From IMG/VR virus record IMGVR_UViG_3300028601_000023, positions 77,175 to 141,174 of that record: DNA of 64,000 bases, one strand, 5' to 3'. The notes under the pieces are model-generated. The model saw only the letters and a list, made by a program, of their open reading frames with translations, was not told the DNA's origin and made no database searches. Position 1 is the stretch's first letter; each line of letters starts with the position of its first letter. Both the position numbers and the translations under genes were made by a program. This DNA is from a virus (Duplodnaviria > Caudoviricetes). Shown piece by piece: positions 25,790-34,578 of this stretch.

Positions 25790-26027
25790 AAGATGCTCTG
25801 AGTATTGGATCTGCAACTGGTGTAGAGAAGAAATGCAAGAGGCTCCAGATTTCGCTATCTATTTCAACAAACAAAATATAATGGTCCATGGAATAGATGT
25901 AAACTTCTGTGATGACTTTCATTTCTGTTCAGATGAGTGCATGATTGAATTTTTTAAGACTTTTCTACAGCGTGGTCAGACAATTGCAAAGTTCGGTGAT
26001 GCATTGAACCTTCAAGGATATGTATAG
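25779..26027 (+). CDS. zinc-binding (TRASH/YHS-like) small protein
   Basis: CNWC...FHFCSDEC. Confidence 0.6.
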   Translation: MKAERCSEYWICNWCREEMQEAPDFAIYFNKQNIMVHGIDVNFCDDFHFCSDECMIEFFKTFLQRGQTIAKFGDALNLQGYV

Positions 26028-26036
26028 GAGATCTAT

Positions 26037-26459
26037 ATGCCTCTAATAGAAAACTGTCCAATGGGATTTGTTGTTAGTGGAACTCACAGACTCCAACCAA
26101 GGAATTCTGTTCTCATCCAAATAACTGATCCTGGATATCTAAGGCCTGTTCCATACTACAAGGATCAATTTGTCAAAGTATTCCATTATGAATTCCATGA
26201 TATAGATGAATCTTATACTGGTGATCTAGAACTAATTCCATTTAACTCAGAAATTGCACACGAAATACTTTCTATCATGGAATTCTGTTTATACCACAAG
26301 TATGACTTAATTGTTCATTGTCACGCTGGCCTCTGTAGATCCGGAGCAATTGCAGAAATTGGAATCATGATGGGCTTTGAAGAAGTTCATGATAATAGAT
26401 TACCAAATGTTCTAGTCAAAACACTATTACTAAAAGAATTGGGATGGTCTTATGAATAA
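26037..26459 (+). CDS. Cys-based (PTP/dual-specificity) phosphatase
   Basis: VHCHAGLCRS (CX5R), FHDID. Confidence 0.85.
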   Translation: MPLIENCPMGFVVSGTHRLQPRNSVLIQITDPGYLRPVPYYKDQFVKVFHYEFHDIDESYTGDLELIPFNSEIAHEILSIMEFCLYHKYDLIVHCHAGLCRSGAIAEIGIMMGFEEVHDNRLPNVLVKTLLLKELGWSYE

Positions 26460-26550
26460 GAATGTTGAGAAGTATGTAAACGGACTTTCTCCAAATTTAG
26501 CCTGTAAATATATTATAGAAAATTGAAAAGAAATCTAAAAGGAGTTTCTA

Positions 26551-27732
26551 GTGGCTTATCTGTATATTTTATTGATGTTCATTCTATTACCGTTTCGAAT
26601 GGTTCTGAGTTTTATTACTCAGTTTTTCTGGTTTCCAAAATTCAAATACAACAAACAACTGAAATCTTTTTCTGTTTCTGATGCTGACTATGCTAGAATT
26701 ATAGAAAAAGCTCAATCAGATCTAGAAGAAATCGGGGATGGTGGAGACGGCGCAAAGTTTCTGTCTATGTATCATTTTGCTTCTCGTATTGATCCAGAGA
26801 ATGTTTCCCCAACAGATCACATGTATCGGTTCTATCATGGTAAAAGTACATTCAAACGAAAGTTTAAGATAGAAGATAACGTTGGATATTCTACTTTCTC
26901 TGGCGATATGATGGCTGGCTCTGTTTTAGCTAGAGCAATAGACTGTGTATACGGCTACAAATATAAAGCAGACGATTTTATTTGTATCATCAAGAATATA
27001 GTCAATAACAAAATTCCATTCGCAGTTCCGCATCCTCATGGTGAACTTTATGGTAGAGGATTCATCTGGCCCATTTGGGGAGATGGTGCAGATGTATTGA
27101 AATGCGTTGCTATGATAGATACAGCTATTGCTTCTGGTGATCAGATTGGAAAACCACAATATCATTTAAATATTGTCAAGTATCTTATTCTTATTACTAA
27201 TTTTCCGTTGTGGATCTGGTCATATGATTCTGCTTTTATGGTTGGTAACACCTATCTGACAAAATGGTTTGGCCCACACTCTAGATTCTTGTATATGTCT
27301 AGTGCTTACATGTTAACAGGATCATGGTACTATAAGTTATTTTTGAAGCGATCATTCAAGAAATATGGTAGAATCGTCCCCGACATTGCGTATCTTTATA
27401 AGTATATGTTTCCAAAAGAAGATGCAGATCTATCATTTGCTAACTATCTTGTAGATGATTATGTCAGAAACGGAAAAGGAACATCTGTTTATACAGGTCC
27501 CAAAGCACCCTTCATTAATCTTGAAAAGTTTTTGCTATATCCTTTCAAGAAAGAAGATTATAAAGTAGAACTAGCAACAATGGTAGCAGAAGCAAGTAAA
27601 CGTTATGAAACACATATCTGGGAACGAGACCCATTTAAAGTAAAGACCGGTGATCAATCTAAATCTAGAGCAAACTGTATAGATCTTGTTTTGACTGCTG
27701 CTTTATCTAGACGTTTTTATGTTGACAAATAG
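26551..27732 (+). CDS. hypothetical protein with N-terminal membrane anchor
   Basis: 393-aa ORF, AAGGAG SD, GTG start. Confidence 0.7.
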   Translation: MAYLYILLMFILLPFRMVLSFITQFFWFPKFKYNKQLKSFSVSDADYARIIEKAQSDLEEIGDGGDGAKFLSMYHFASRIDPENVSPTDHMYRFYHGKSTFKRKFKIEDNVGYSTFSGDMMAGSVLARAIDCVYGYKYKADDFICIIKNIVNNKIPFAVPHPHGELYGRGFIWPIWGDGADVLKCVAMIDTAIASGDQIGKPQYHLNIVKYLILITNFPLWIWSYDSAFMVGNTYLTKWFGPHSRFLYMSSAYMLTGSWYYKLFLKRSFKKYGRIVPDIAYLYKYMFPKEDADLSFANYLVDDYVRNGKGTSVYTGPKAPFINLEKFLLYPFKKEDYKVELATMVAEASKRYETHIWERDPFKVKTGDQSKSRANCIDLVLTAALSRRFYVDK

Positions 27733-27740
27733 GAGATATT

Positions 27741-27968
27741 ATGACAATTAAAAAATTTATTAAATCTATGACTGAAACTGATAAGGTTTTATGTCATGAA
27801 GAGTTTTTAGAATATGAGAGATCTGGATTGGTAAAAGATGATGCCATTCTACGCAAGTATGTAGAAGAATATATCCAAAAGCATATGGGTGGGGAAGGAT
27901 CATTCGCAATAGTTTGCACGTTTATTATGTTTGAGATCTATAAAGAAAGCTATAGCAACCCATTCTAG
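27741..27968 (+). CDS. hypothetical protein
   Basis: AGGAG SD. Confidence 0.65.
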   Translation: MTIKKFIKSMTETDKVLCHEEFLEYERSGLVKDDAILRKYVEEYIQKHMGGEGSFAIVCTFIMFEIYKESYSNPF

Positions 27969-27975
27969 GAGTAAT

Positions 27976-28599
27976 ATGAGTTATTCTATCATTGATTTAA
28001 GGTACAATTCTATAACTGAAATCTTCAGCTATGACAGACTATTGCTTTGGATCAATGATAGTTGTTGTCATTGGCAGACTTGGAGAGGAGACAGAAAACA
28101 ACTTCTCAAATATACAATTGCTAATAATCCAAACGAATTCAGCTGGACCTATGAACGTCAAGTCAGACAGTATTTGATTCTTGATGAATATGACAGAATT
28201 ATATCTCGTGAGATTTTGACTGATGAAATTCTTTCCAAGACTAAAGAATGGTTTGGTACTATTAGAAAAGAACGAAATCGGGAACAGCTTGCAGCCTGGA
28301 AAGCAAAAAGAGAAATCATAGACGAACAATGGGAATTCTGGTCTTCTAGAAGAGATCGTTACAAATATTATGATTATCATCGTCATCCTCGGACTACACA
28401 AGAAAGATCTTTTGCTGTAGACGTGGATCACAAACCATATGTTAGAGGCAAAAGATCTCTTCCAAATCTCCCAGACTGGTATCAAGATATTCCGATTTAT
28501 ATTCACAGAAAGAAATCGTGGAAAGCACTGACAAAAAGAAAAAGACAGTGGAATCCTATTGACAAATCTATAGAATCAGAATATTCTAAACTCAATTGA
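27976..28599 (+). CDS. conserved hypothetical basic protein
   Basis: PRTTQERS..RGKRS..LPDWYQD..KSWK..KRKRQW. Confidence 0.7.
   Translation: MSYSIIDLRYNSITEIFSYDRLLLWINDSCCHWQTWRGDRKQLLKYTIANNPNEFSWTYERQVRQYLILDEYDRIISREILTDEILSKTKEWFGTIRKERNREQLAAWKAKREIIDEQWEFWSSRRDRYKYYDYHRHPRTTQERSFAVDVDHKPYVRGKRSLPNLPDWYQDIPIYIHRKKSWKALTKRKRQWNPIDKSIESEYSKLN
28559..28587 (+). promoter_or_regulatory. early promoter
   Basis: TTGACA-N17-TATTCT plus AAACTCAATTGAACGGAACAA leader. Confidence 0.85.
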
Positions 28600-28626
28600 A
28601 CGGAACAATAAACCAAGGAGTTTCAA

Positions 28627-28953
28627 ATGGGAAAGTATGATCATCAGGGTTCGTTTACATTTTGGGGAAATCGTATCTATCCTTTACCAGATGGTCTCGG
28701 AATCAACGTCAATTACAGCATGTACAGCTCAAGCATAGACGATATTTCTATTGATGAACTTGGAATCGTGTTTGATAATCTTTCTGAAGTAGATGCAAAA
28801 GATTTTTCCGATGTAGATTCTGTTATCAAGGCTAAAGATAATCCGCCCCATAAAGATGAAAGCCATATTATGATCAAATTGTTTTCATTGATCTCTGAAC
28901 TTCAGATCGAAGCATGGGAAGATTTTCAATCAAAAGGAAGGTTATCTAAATGA
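28627..28953 (+). CDS. hypothetical early protein
   Basis: AAGGAG SD. Confidence 0.7.
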   Translation: MGKYDHQGSFTFWGNRIYPLPDGLGINVNYSMYSSSIDDISIDELGIVFDNLSEVDAKDFSDVDSVIKAKDNPPHKDESHIMIKLFSLISELQIEAWEDFQSKGRLSK

Positions 28954-29222
28954 CTACTTTTACTTATGCAGATATGGTCAATACTGCTACAATGTTGGAA
29001 CTCTTTACTTTGTTAGAAGCTGATCCAAATGTTTCTAGTAGAATTGATGATTTTTTCTTTATCTATATCGATGGGCATTATGATATTGCTCCGATGCACT
29101 ATCCTATGCAATCTCTTTGCAAGTTTCTTGAAAATCCCGGCACCGTTGACGAAATTGTCGAGTTGTATGGATTAGAAATGATTGATCTTATTCGGTTCAT
29201 GTGTGGAGATTGTCTATTTTGA
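28950..29222 (+). CDS. hypothetical protein
   Basis: ATGA overlap with the upstream gene. Confidence 0.65.
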   Translation: MTTFTYADMVNTATMLELFTLLEADPNVSSRIDDFFFIYIDGHYDIAPMHYPMQSLCKFLENPGTVDEIVELYGLEMIDLIRFMCGDCLF

Positions 29223-29246
29223 TAAATAGATATCAGAGGTATATAC

Positions 29247-29429
29247 ATGGAAACAAAAGTTTTAGAAAAATTACAGATCTGTGACATTAATTCAAAAGAA
29301 CATACAGAACTGATGATTCGAATTGTTGAGTTGTTAAGTTCTATTGATAAACAAATCAAATCCCTCGAAGAATCTGTAAAGTCTGCTCATAGGAGGACAG
29401 AAAATGGAAATCAGATGCACGGAATGTAA
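29247..29429 (+). CDS. hypothetical coiled-coil protein
   Basis: GAGG SD. Confidence 0.55.
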   Translation: METKVLEKLQICDINSKEHTELMIRIVELLSSIDKQIKSLEESVKSAHRRTENGNQMHGM

Positions 29430-29601
29430 TGCACATCTTGGAGATATTACCGGGAAGATTCGACTGTCTATGACCAACTATATCTGTACAAAATGTCTCA
29501 AGAAACTAAAAGCAATGGAATCGTTGAAGAACTCTGGATATCCTAAGAATGATTTTGGAGATATCTTCGGCGATCTGTTCGGCGACACATTTAGACGTTG
29601 A
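29404..29601 (+). CDS. zinc-ribbon small protein
   Basis: CTEC...CTKC; AGGAGG SD. Confidence 0.65.
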   Translation: MEIRCTECNAHLGDITGKIRLSMTNYICTKCLKKLKAMESLKNSGYPKNDFGDIFGDLFGDTFRR

Positions 29602-29626
29602 CAGATCCGAATCGTTTGGGTATATT
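29598..29626 (+). promoter_or_regulatory. sigma70-type promoter
   Basis: TTGACA-N17-TATATT. Confidence 0.75.
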
Positions 29627-29647
29627 GATCCCAACAAAGGAGCTTAT

Positions 29648-29956
29648 ATGAAAAAGATCAAGACTATTATCATCTCGTGTCTGTTGGTTGTTTGTCTGCA
29701 GACATCAGCGTTTGCGTGGGGTGCTTTGGAACAGGGTATTCTCTGGGGTGTTGGCGGGACTATTGTAACACAGCAGCTGCTTCGTCCTCAGGTTGTTCAT
29801 GTTCATCCTGCATATCAACCAACATATTTTCCGTATACTCGGAGATACGTGGAACCATATCATGCCCCTCGTCCTGTAGAACCAATTTACAGAGAGACTG
29901 AAGCATACGATCCTGCTTGTGGTTGTTATAAGCGGGTCTTCATAAGAATTAATTAA
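29648..29956 (+). CDS. secreted/membrane hypothetical protein
   Basis: Signal peptide MKKIK..SAFA, followed by a Pro/Tyr-rich region. Confidence 0.7.
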   Translation: MKKIKTIIISCLLVVCLQTSAFAWGALEQGILWGVGGTIVTQQLLRPQVVHVHPAYQPTYFPYTRRYVEPYHAPRPVEPIYRETEAYDPACGCYKRVFIRIN

Positions 29957-29981
29957 GAACAATACTATCTGGAGGCATTTA

Positions 29982-30242
29982 GTGGATATTCTTTGTCCTT
30001 ATTGTAATGCAGACGCTGATCAGATTTTGATTACTGCATTAGATAAAGAAGCGTGTTGGTGCGATGAATATGGTGTTTACTACAAGAAAGTTTTGAATGC
30101 TACACCAGAAGAAATGGATACTGCTATTTACTCAAGTAACTATTGCTTCAAGTGTTGCGTCTGTGGATCCCTTCTACAACATTCTTATATCAACCATTAT
30201 TATATCCGGGAACTCGAACGGAATAAAGGTAAAGCAGCATGA
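29982..30242 (+). CDS. Cys-rich hypothetical protein
   Basis: CPYC..CCVCG; GGAGG SD. Confidence 0.65.
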   Translation: MDILCPYCNADADQILITALDKEACWCDEYGVYYKKVLNATPEEMDTAIYSSNYCFKCCVCGSLLQHSYINHYYIRELERNKGKAA

Positions 30243-30484
30243 TCAAGAAATACTGGTATGAAATCATTACTCCTCTTGGAACATTTAAATCTGATGGAGC
30301 AATGTGTACAGAAGAAACCTTAGAAAGAGCAAAAAAGTATATAGCTTGTGTATGTCAAGATGTTGCAAATCCAAATATAGCTTCTTCACATTGGTTTATT
30401 GTAAATAAAGAATTCGTTTACTTTCCAGATACTATTCTTGCTAATAGCATAATCAAAATCAAAACCGGATACAAATGGTGGTAA
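30239..30484 (+). CDS. hypothetical protein
   Basis: ATGA overlap. Confidence 0.65.
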   Translation: MIKKYWYEIITPLGTFKSDGAMCTEETLERAKKYIACVCQDVANPNIASSHWFIVNKEFVYFPDTILANSIIKIKTGYKWW

Positions 30485-30486
30485 TA

Positions 30487-30969
30487 ATGGAAACATATAT
30501 TAACTGCATGGATTGTCCTAACCATATTGTAGAAGCTGATCCAGATCCGCATGATTGGTTTTGTGATGACGATCAGGCTGTTCTATGTACTTTAGCAAAA
30601 AATATTAATAATCAACATCGTTGGTGTGATAATCGTGTTTGGGTTCATAGACCCATTACATGGAGTTGTAGACCACATCATAAACGAGCAGATTGTGTTA
30701 CTCCAGAATGGCGCCCGTTGCTTCACAAAGAAGAACCCGCCACGTGTATCTGTGAAGGCAACTTTAGAAATATTATAAAAGAGACTGGAGGGCTGATCGG
30801 AAAAGATTTTAAAGATGCTAACAATAGAACATGGGAGTTTGCTGGAGTTCTCTGGGCATCTGACGATTTTTATTATGTCTTTGAACTTGAATCATATGAT
30901 GCTGATATAACTCGGTATTGCTCTTGTATTGTTTCAATCGAACAGCACGGATTTAAACTTGTAGAATAG
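30487..30969 (+). CDS. Cys-rich hypothetical protein (possible fusion of two small proteins)
   Basis: CMDC..DPDPHDWFCDDD..C; second half begins CICEGNFR. Confidence 0.7.
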   Translation: METYINCMDCPNHIVEADPDPHDWFCDDDQAVLCTLAKNINNQHRWCDNRVWVHRPITWSCRPHHKRADCVTPEWRPLLHKEEPATCICEGNFRNIIKETGGLIGKDFKDANNRTWEFAGVLWASDDFYYVFELESYDADITRYCSCIVSIEQHGFKLVE

Positions 30970-30981
30970 TAAAAGAATTAG

Positions 30982-31049
30982 TTGACAGAACTCCTTGGTT
31001 CAGTTATTCTAAACTCAATTGAACGGAACAACAACAAAACCAAGGAGTT
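30982..31049 (+). promoter_or_regulatory. early promoter with anti-SD inverted repeat
   Basis: TTGACA-N17-TATTCT; AACTCCTTGGTT (30989-31000) is complementary to AACCAAGGAGTT (31038-31049). Confidence 0.85.
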
Positions 31050-31053
31050 TAAA

Positions 31054-31299
31054 ACGAACGTCAAGATCCACGATATTATCAAGTCCTACGATTTCCCTCA
31101 CAATACTTCTTGCTACGCTATTGGAATTGTTACTGCTCTTGAAGGTGACTATATCAACTTTACTTGTATTAAGCAGGTTTGGGAGGGTGAAGCAGTTGAT
31201 CCCAGTGAATATGAAAATAAAAAAGAAATGAGAACAGTCAAGCAAGGCTGCATGTGTTGTGACGAGGGGTTTCCCAATCGCGTAACAGTAATCGGATAA
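31054..31299 (+). CDS. hypothetical early protein with ACG at the expected start
   Basis: AAGGAG SD then ACG-AAC-GTC (xNVKIHDIIKSYDF). Confidence 0.6.
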   Translation, partial: TNVKIHDIIKSYDFPHNTSCYAIGIVTALEGDYINFTCIKQVWEGEAVDPSEYENKKEMRTVKQGCMCCDEGFPNRVTVIG

Positions 31300-31309
31300 T
31301 GGAGTTAAA

Positions 31310-32014
31310 ATGTACACTACACATAAACCGAAGAACCGATACAGACGCCCGAAACTGAATAAGACTTTTCTATTTTTGTTTGTTTTCGTTGTATTGTCAT
31401 TAGGATACTTCCATGTTCTGACCGATGATCTAGTAAAGAAACACAGGGTTGGAGTAGAACTAGCATATGAATCGGGATATGAACAAGCTGTAGAAGAGTA
31501 TAAGAATGATTATAGAATGGCGCATGAGATTATGACAGCGTTCTATGAGCATACTGATAATTCTTTCAATCAATATGTCCTATCTGAAAACAGAATACGA
31601 AAGATCATTGCTTTTTCTAATCCATCTCTAGACGAGAAAGTCATACAAGAATATATTGTTGCTATCAATAAATGGTCTAGACACTATGAACTTTCTCCGA
31701 TCTTTGTTGCTGCAGTGATTCATAAAGAATCCAATTTCAAAAAGAATGCTGTATCAAAGATTGGATGCCGAGGACCTCTACAAGTATATCCAAAATTTCA
31801 TAAAGAAAAACTGGAAGAGATCGGAATCAAAACAAAAGATCTCCATGTCATCGATCATGGTATTCATATAGGAATAATGATCCTCAAAGAATATTTGATG
31901 CAATGCGACTACGACTATCGAGCAGCTCTTACAAAATTTGGTGGGTTCGTCAATTCTGATTCTACTGAATATGTAAATGGAATCTTTGAGGTTGCTATCT
32001 CTGCCTATAAATAA
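31310..32014 (+). CDS. membrane-anchored lytic transglycosylase (SLT domain)
   Basis: TM helix; AAVIHKESNF, GCRGPLQV, ILKEYL. Confidence 0.85.
   Translation: MYTTHKPKNRYRRPKLNKTFLFLFVFVVLSLGYFHVLTDDLVKKHRVGVELAYESGYEQAVEEYKNDYRMAHEIMTAFYEHTDNSFNQYVLSENRIRKIIAFSNPSLDEKVIQEYIVAINKWSRHYELSPIFVAAVIHKESNFKKNAVSKIGCRGPLQVYPKFHKEKLEEIGIKTKDLHVIDHGIHIGIMILKEYLMQCDYDYRAALTKFGGFVNSDSTEYVNGIFEVAISAYK
32006..32013 (+). promoter_or_regulatory. late promoter of the lysis genes
   Basis: TATAAATA 20 nt before the endolysin start. Confidence 0.7.
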
Positions 32015-32033
32015 TTATATAGGAGAATAGCGC

Positions 32034-32600
32034 ATGGCACAATATGAAAAAATTATTCCTTTTGTACTGAAATATGAAGGGATCGACACCGTAACAGATG
32101 ACAAGCATGACAGAGGCGGAAAAACCAAGTACGGAATATCTCTGAAGTATGCTCAGCGTTCCAAACATAAACGGATCTTAGACAAAGATCAGAACGGTAT
32201 TATCAATGGCAAAGACATCGAGCTTTTAGAACTTGATGATGCTCTTGATCTATATAAGTTAGATTTCTGGGATGTTGCTCGACTTGATCAGGTATCATCT
32301 AATAGAAAAGCGTTTGTCTTTTTTGATATGATAGTCAATTCTGGTCTACGAAATGCTACTGGAGTTTTACAGAGAGCTCTACAAAATCTTGGACATACAA
32401 TCAAGGTTGATATGTCTTTTGGACCGAAGACTTTTGCTCATCTAGAAGAAGCTGATGAAAACCAGTTGGTTGCAAAATTCCTAGAACTTCGAGAACGATT
32501 CTTTAGACGTATTGTTGAAATGGATCCTTCTCAGAAAAGATTCATCAACGGATGGCTAAATAGACTAGATTGGATTCGTCGAGATATCAACAAAGTTTAG
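32034..32600 (+). CDS. endolysin, glycoside hydrolase family 108 with PG-binding domain
   Basis: YEG..DDKHDRGGKTKYGI, FDMIVNSG, FINGWLNR. Confidence 0.92.
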   Translation: MAQYEKIIPFVLKYEGIDTVTDDKHDRGGKTKYGISLKYAQRSKHKRILDKDQNGIINGKDIELLELDDALDLYKLDFWDVARLDQVSSNRKAFVFFDMIVNSGLRNATGVLQRALQNLGHTIKVDMSFGPKTFAHLEEADENQLVAKFLELRERFFRRIVEMDPSQKRFINGWLNRLDWIRRDINKV

Positions 32601-32608
32601 GAGACATT

Positions 32609-33013
32609 ATGAATTTTCTAAACTTTGAGATGATGTATCAGATCATCATTATCAATCTCTCTGTTGGATTTGTTTTTGTTATATTGTTTTCTCTATATAG
32701 GAATAGATCTAATGTGAATTTCTCTCAGATTCTAATGAGGGAAAATCGAATCTCCAAGGTTGGTGTTGGGTTCATCTTTGTGATGATGCTTGTTGTCTAT
32801 CAGACACTTACTGATAAGGAAATTGACGGATCTTTGGTTCAATTACTTATGGTTATATTCGGAGCCGAGATCACGGGCAAGTGGGTTGATACGAGATCAT
32901 CTAATGACTTCTTTGATTCAGGATATGATAATAATCGTAAAAGAAGTCGACGTCCTTTAGATGACACTAGAAAGCATTCTGAAATGGATGTAGACGATAT
33001 AAACAACTTATAA
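32609..33013 (+). CDS. putative holin
   Basis: 2-3 TM segments and a charged C-tail, directly after the endolysin. Confidence 0.55.
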   Translation: MNFLNFEMMYQIIIINLSVGFVFVILFSLYRNRSNVNFSQILMRENRISKVGVGFIFVMMLVVYQTLTDKEIDGSLVQLLMVIFGAEITGKWVDTRSSNDFFDSGYDNNRKRSRRPLDDTRKHSEMDVDDINNL

Positions 33014-33022
33014 GGAACAGAT

Positions 33023-33928
33023 ATGTCTTTTAGAACAATAATCAATTCTTATATCAGTCAGATCAATGCAGGTAAAAGTAGATATGATTCAATGTCGCAT
33101 GCATCTCCAAGCTCTACTATTACAGCTGTAAACAATGTATTGAATACTGCTGCTAATGCTATTGAATCTGGAATAGATTCAATGTTCGATGATCCAGACA
33201 TTACATCAGGGTCTAGATTAAACTTCTTGATTCTCAATGGATATTCTGAAGCGTTCAAAGAAGCTGAAAGTTGGCATGTCGGTCCTGATGATTTTACTCT
33301 AGAACCAAAATACTATCAGTGTAGAGGATTGTTCTATAAGTTAGCAGATATCGGAACTGCTGGCAAATATCTTTCTAACTATTCATATGCTGTATCAAAT
33401 GTAATACAAATTATGGCTAATTTCCAAGATATGTATCAAATATTTGTCATGCCTCCAGAAGGCGTTTCCAAATTGGATGAATTCTGGTTGGTTTATGCTA
33501 TGGATTTTAGTACACAAATGTTATCTGCTATAGATGTATTTGATACTGTAAGCAATGACTTTTTGTCTATTCCGGGAATGGTCAATTCATATAAAGACCT
33601 GGCGGAGACAGTCAATATGTCTATTGCTGTTGGAAATACATTTATTGAAAGTATCAATAAAGAAGCTTCTGTTGGCACTATCTTGTCTCAGTCATTTGCA
33701 AATATGGGATCATCTTTCGGTCTGTATAACAATTCTATCCAACAGATTTACAATATTCATATTGAATCTGTCACAGAAAATCAAAATTCAAAAAACTATC
33801 CACCTGATACTTATAATACCAATCTAAAACGAATTCAGAAAGCAAAGATTCTTAACTTTGAGTTATTCTTCAATATCTCTACGACTATACATAATAACAT
33901 TACAAACCTGCTGACTAAATATAGTTGA
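33023..33928 (+). CDS. hypothetical (possibly virion) protein
   Basis: 301-aa S/N/I-rich ORF in a late transcription unit. Confidence 0.65.
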   Translation: MSFRTIINSYISQINAGKSRYDSMSHASPSSTITAVNNVLNTAANAIESGIDSMFDDPDITSGSRLNFLILNGYSEAFKEAESWHVGPDDFTLEPKYYQCRGLFYKLADIGTAGKYLSNYSYAVSNVIQIMANFQDMYQIFVMPPEGVSKLDEFWLVYAMDFSTQMLSAIDVFDTVSNDFLSIPGMVNSYKDLAETVNMSIAVGNTFIESINKEASVGTILSQSFANMGSSFGLYNNSIQQIYNIHIESVTENQNSKNYPPDTYNTNLKRIQKAKILNFELFFNISTTIHNNITNLLTKYS

Positions 33929-33953
33929 CAGATGATTAGATCTGTTGTAGTCT
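33925..33953 (+). promoter_or_regulatory. sigma70-type promoter
   Basis: TTGACA-N17-TAGTCT. Confidence 0.7.
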
Positions 33954-33979
33954 AAACAAATCAAATAAACGGAGGCATA

Positions 33980-34567
33980 ATGTTTATATTTTTAGACTGT
34001 GAAACTCTCGGTAAAAAAGAAGCTTCTATTATTCTTTCTATCGGACTGATTGCTTGTCCAGATGATTATACTATGAAATCTTTCAAAGATGCAGTATACG
34101 ATGGTCTCTATATTACTCTATCGAAAAAAGAGCAGTATGATCTTGGGCGGACTGTTGATCAGAGTACTCTGGATTGGTGGGATAAACAAGGTGCAGAAGC
34201 AAAAGCCGTGCTAAACCCTTCTAAGACTCTTCCGTTGAAGAATTTTAATCAAACGGTTTGGAGCTATCTCAATTCAAAAGGATTTAACAAAAAGACAGCG
34301 AAGATCTGGTCACGAGGATTGATTGACGCTAAATGGTGGCACCATCTCTATGACTATACTCTCCCACAAGTAGATCCAAAAGCAATGAATCCTTTCGACT
34401 TTTGGATGTGGCGAGATACACGAACAGCTCTAGAACTTGTACATGGTGATCCAAACGGACAGCCTATGAATGTTCTAGTCAAAAAAGACGAATTCATCAA
34501 ACACAATGCGCTACATGATGCTGCTCTAGATTGCTGGAGAATGTATCTTGGTGACGCTCCTTTCTAG
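33980..34567 (+). CDS. dexA: DexA-like 3'-5' exonuclease (DEDDh)
   Basis: FLDCETLG, TLDWWDKQ, WSRG..D, RDTRT, HNALHDAALD. Confidence 0.85.
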   Translation: MFIFLDCETLGKKEASIILSIGLIACPDDYTMKSFKDAVYDGLYITLSKKEQYDLGRTVDQSTLDWWDKQGAEAKAVLNPSKTLPLKNFNQTVWSYLNSKGFNKKTAKIWSRGLIDAKWWHHLYDYTLPQVDPKAMNPFDFWMWRDTRTALELVHGDPNGQPMNVLVKKDEFIKHNALHDAALDCWRMYLGDAPF

Positions 34568-34578
34568 GAGGCCTTTAT

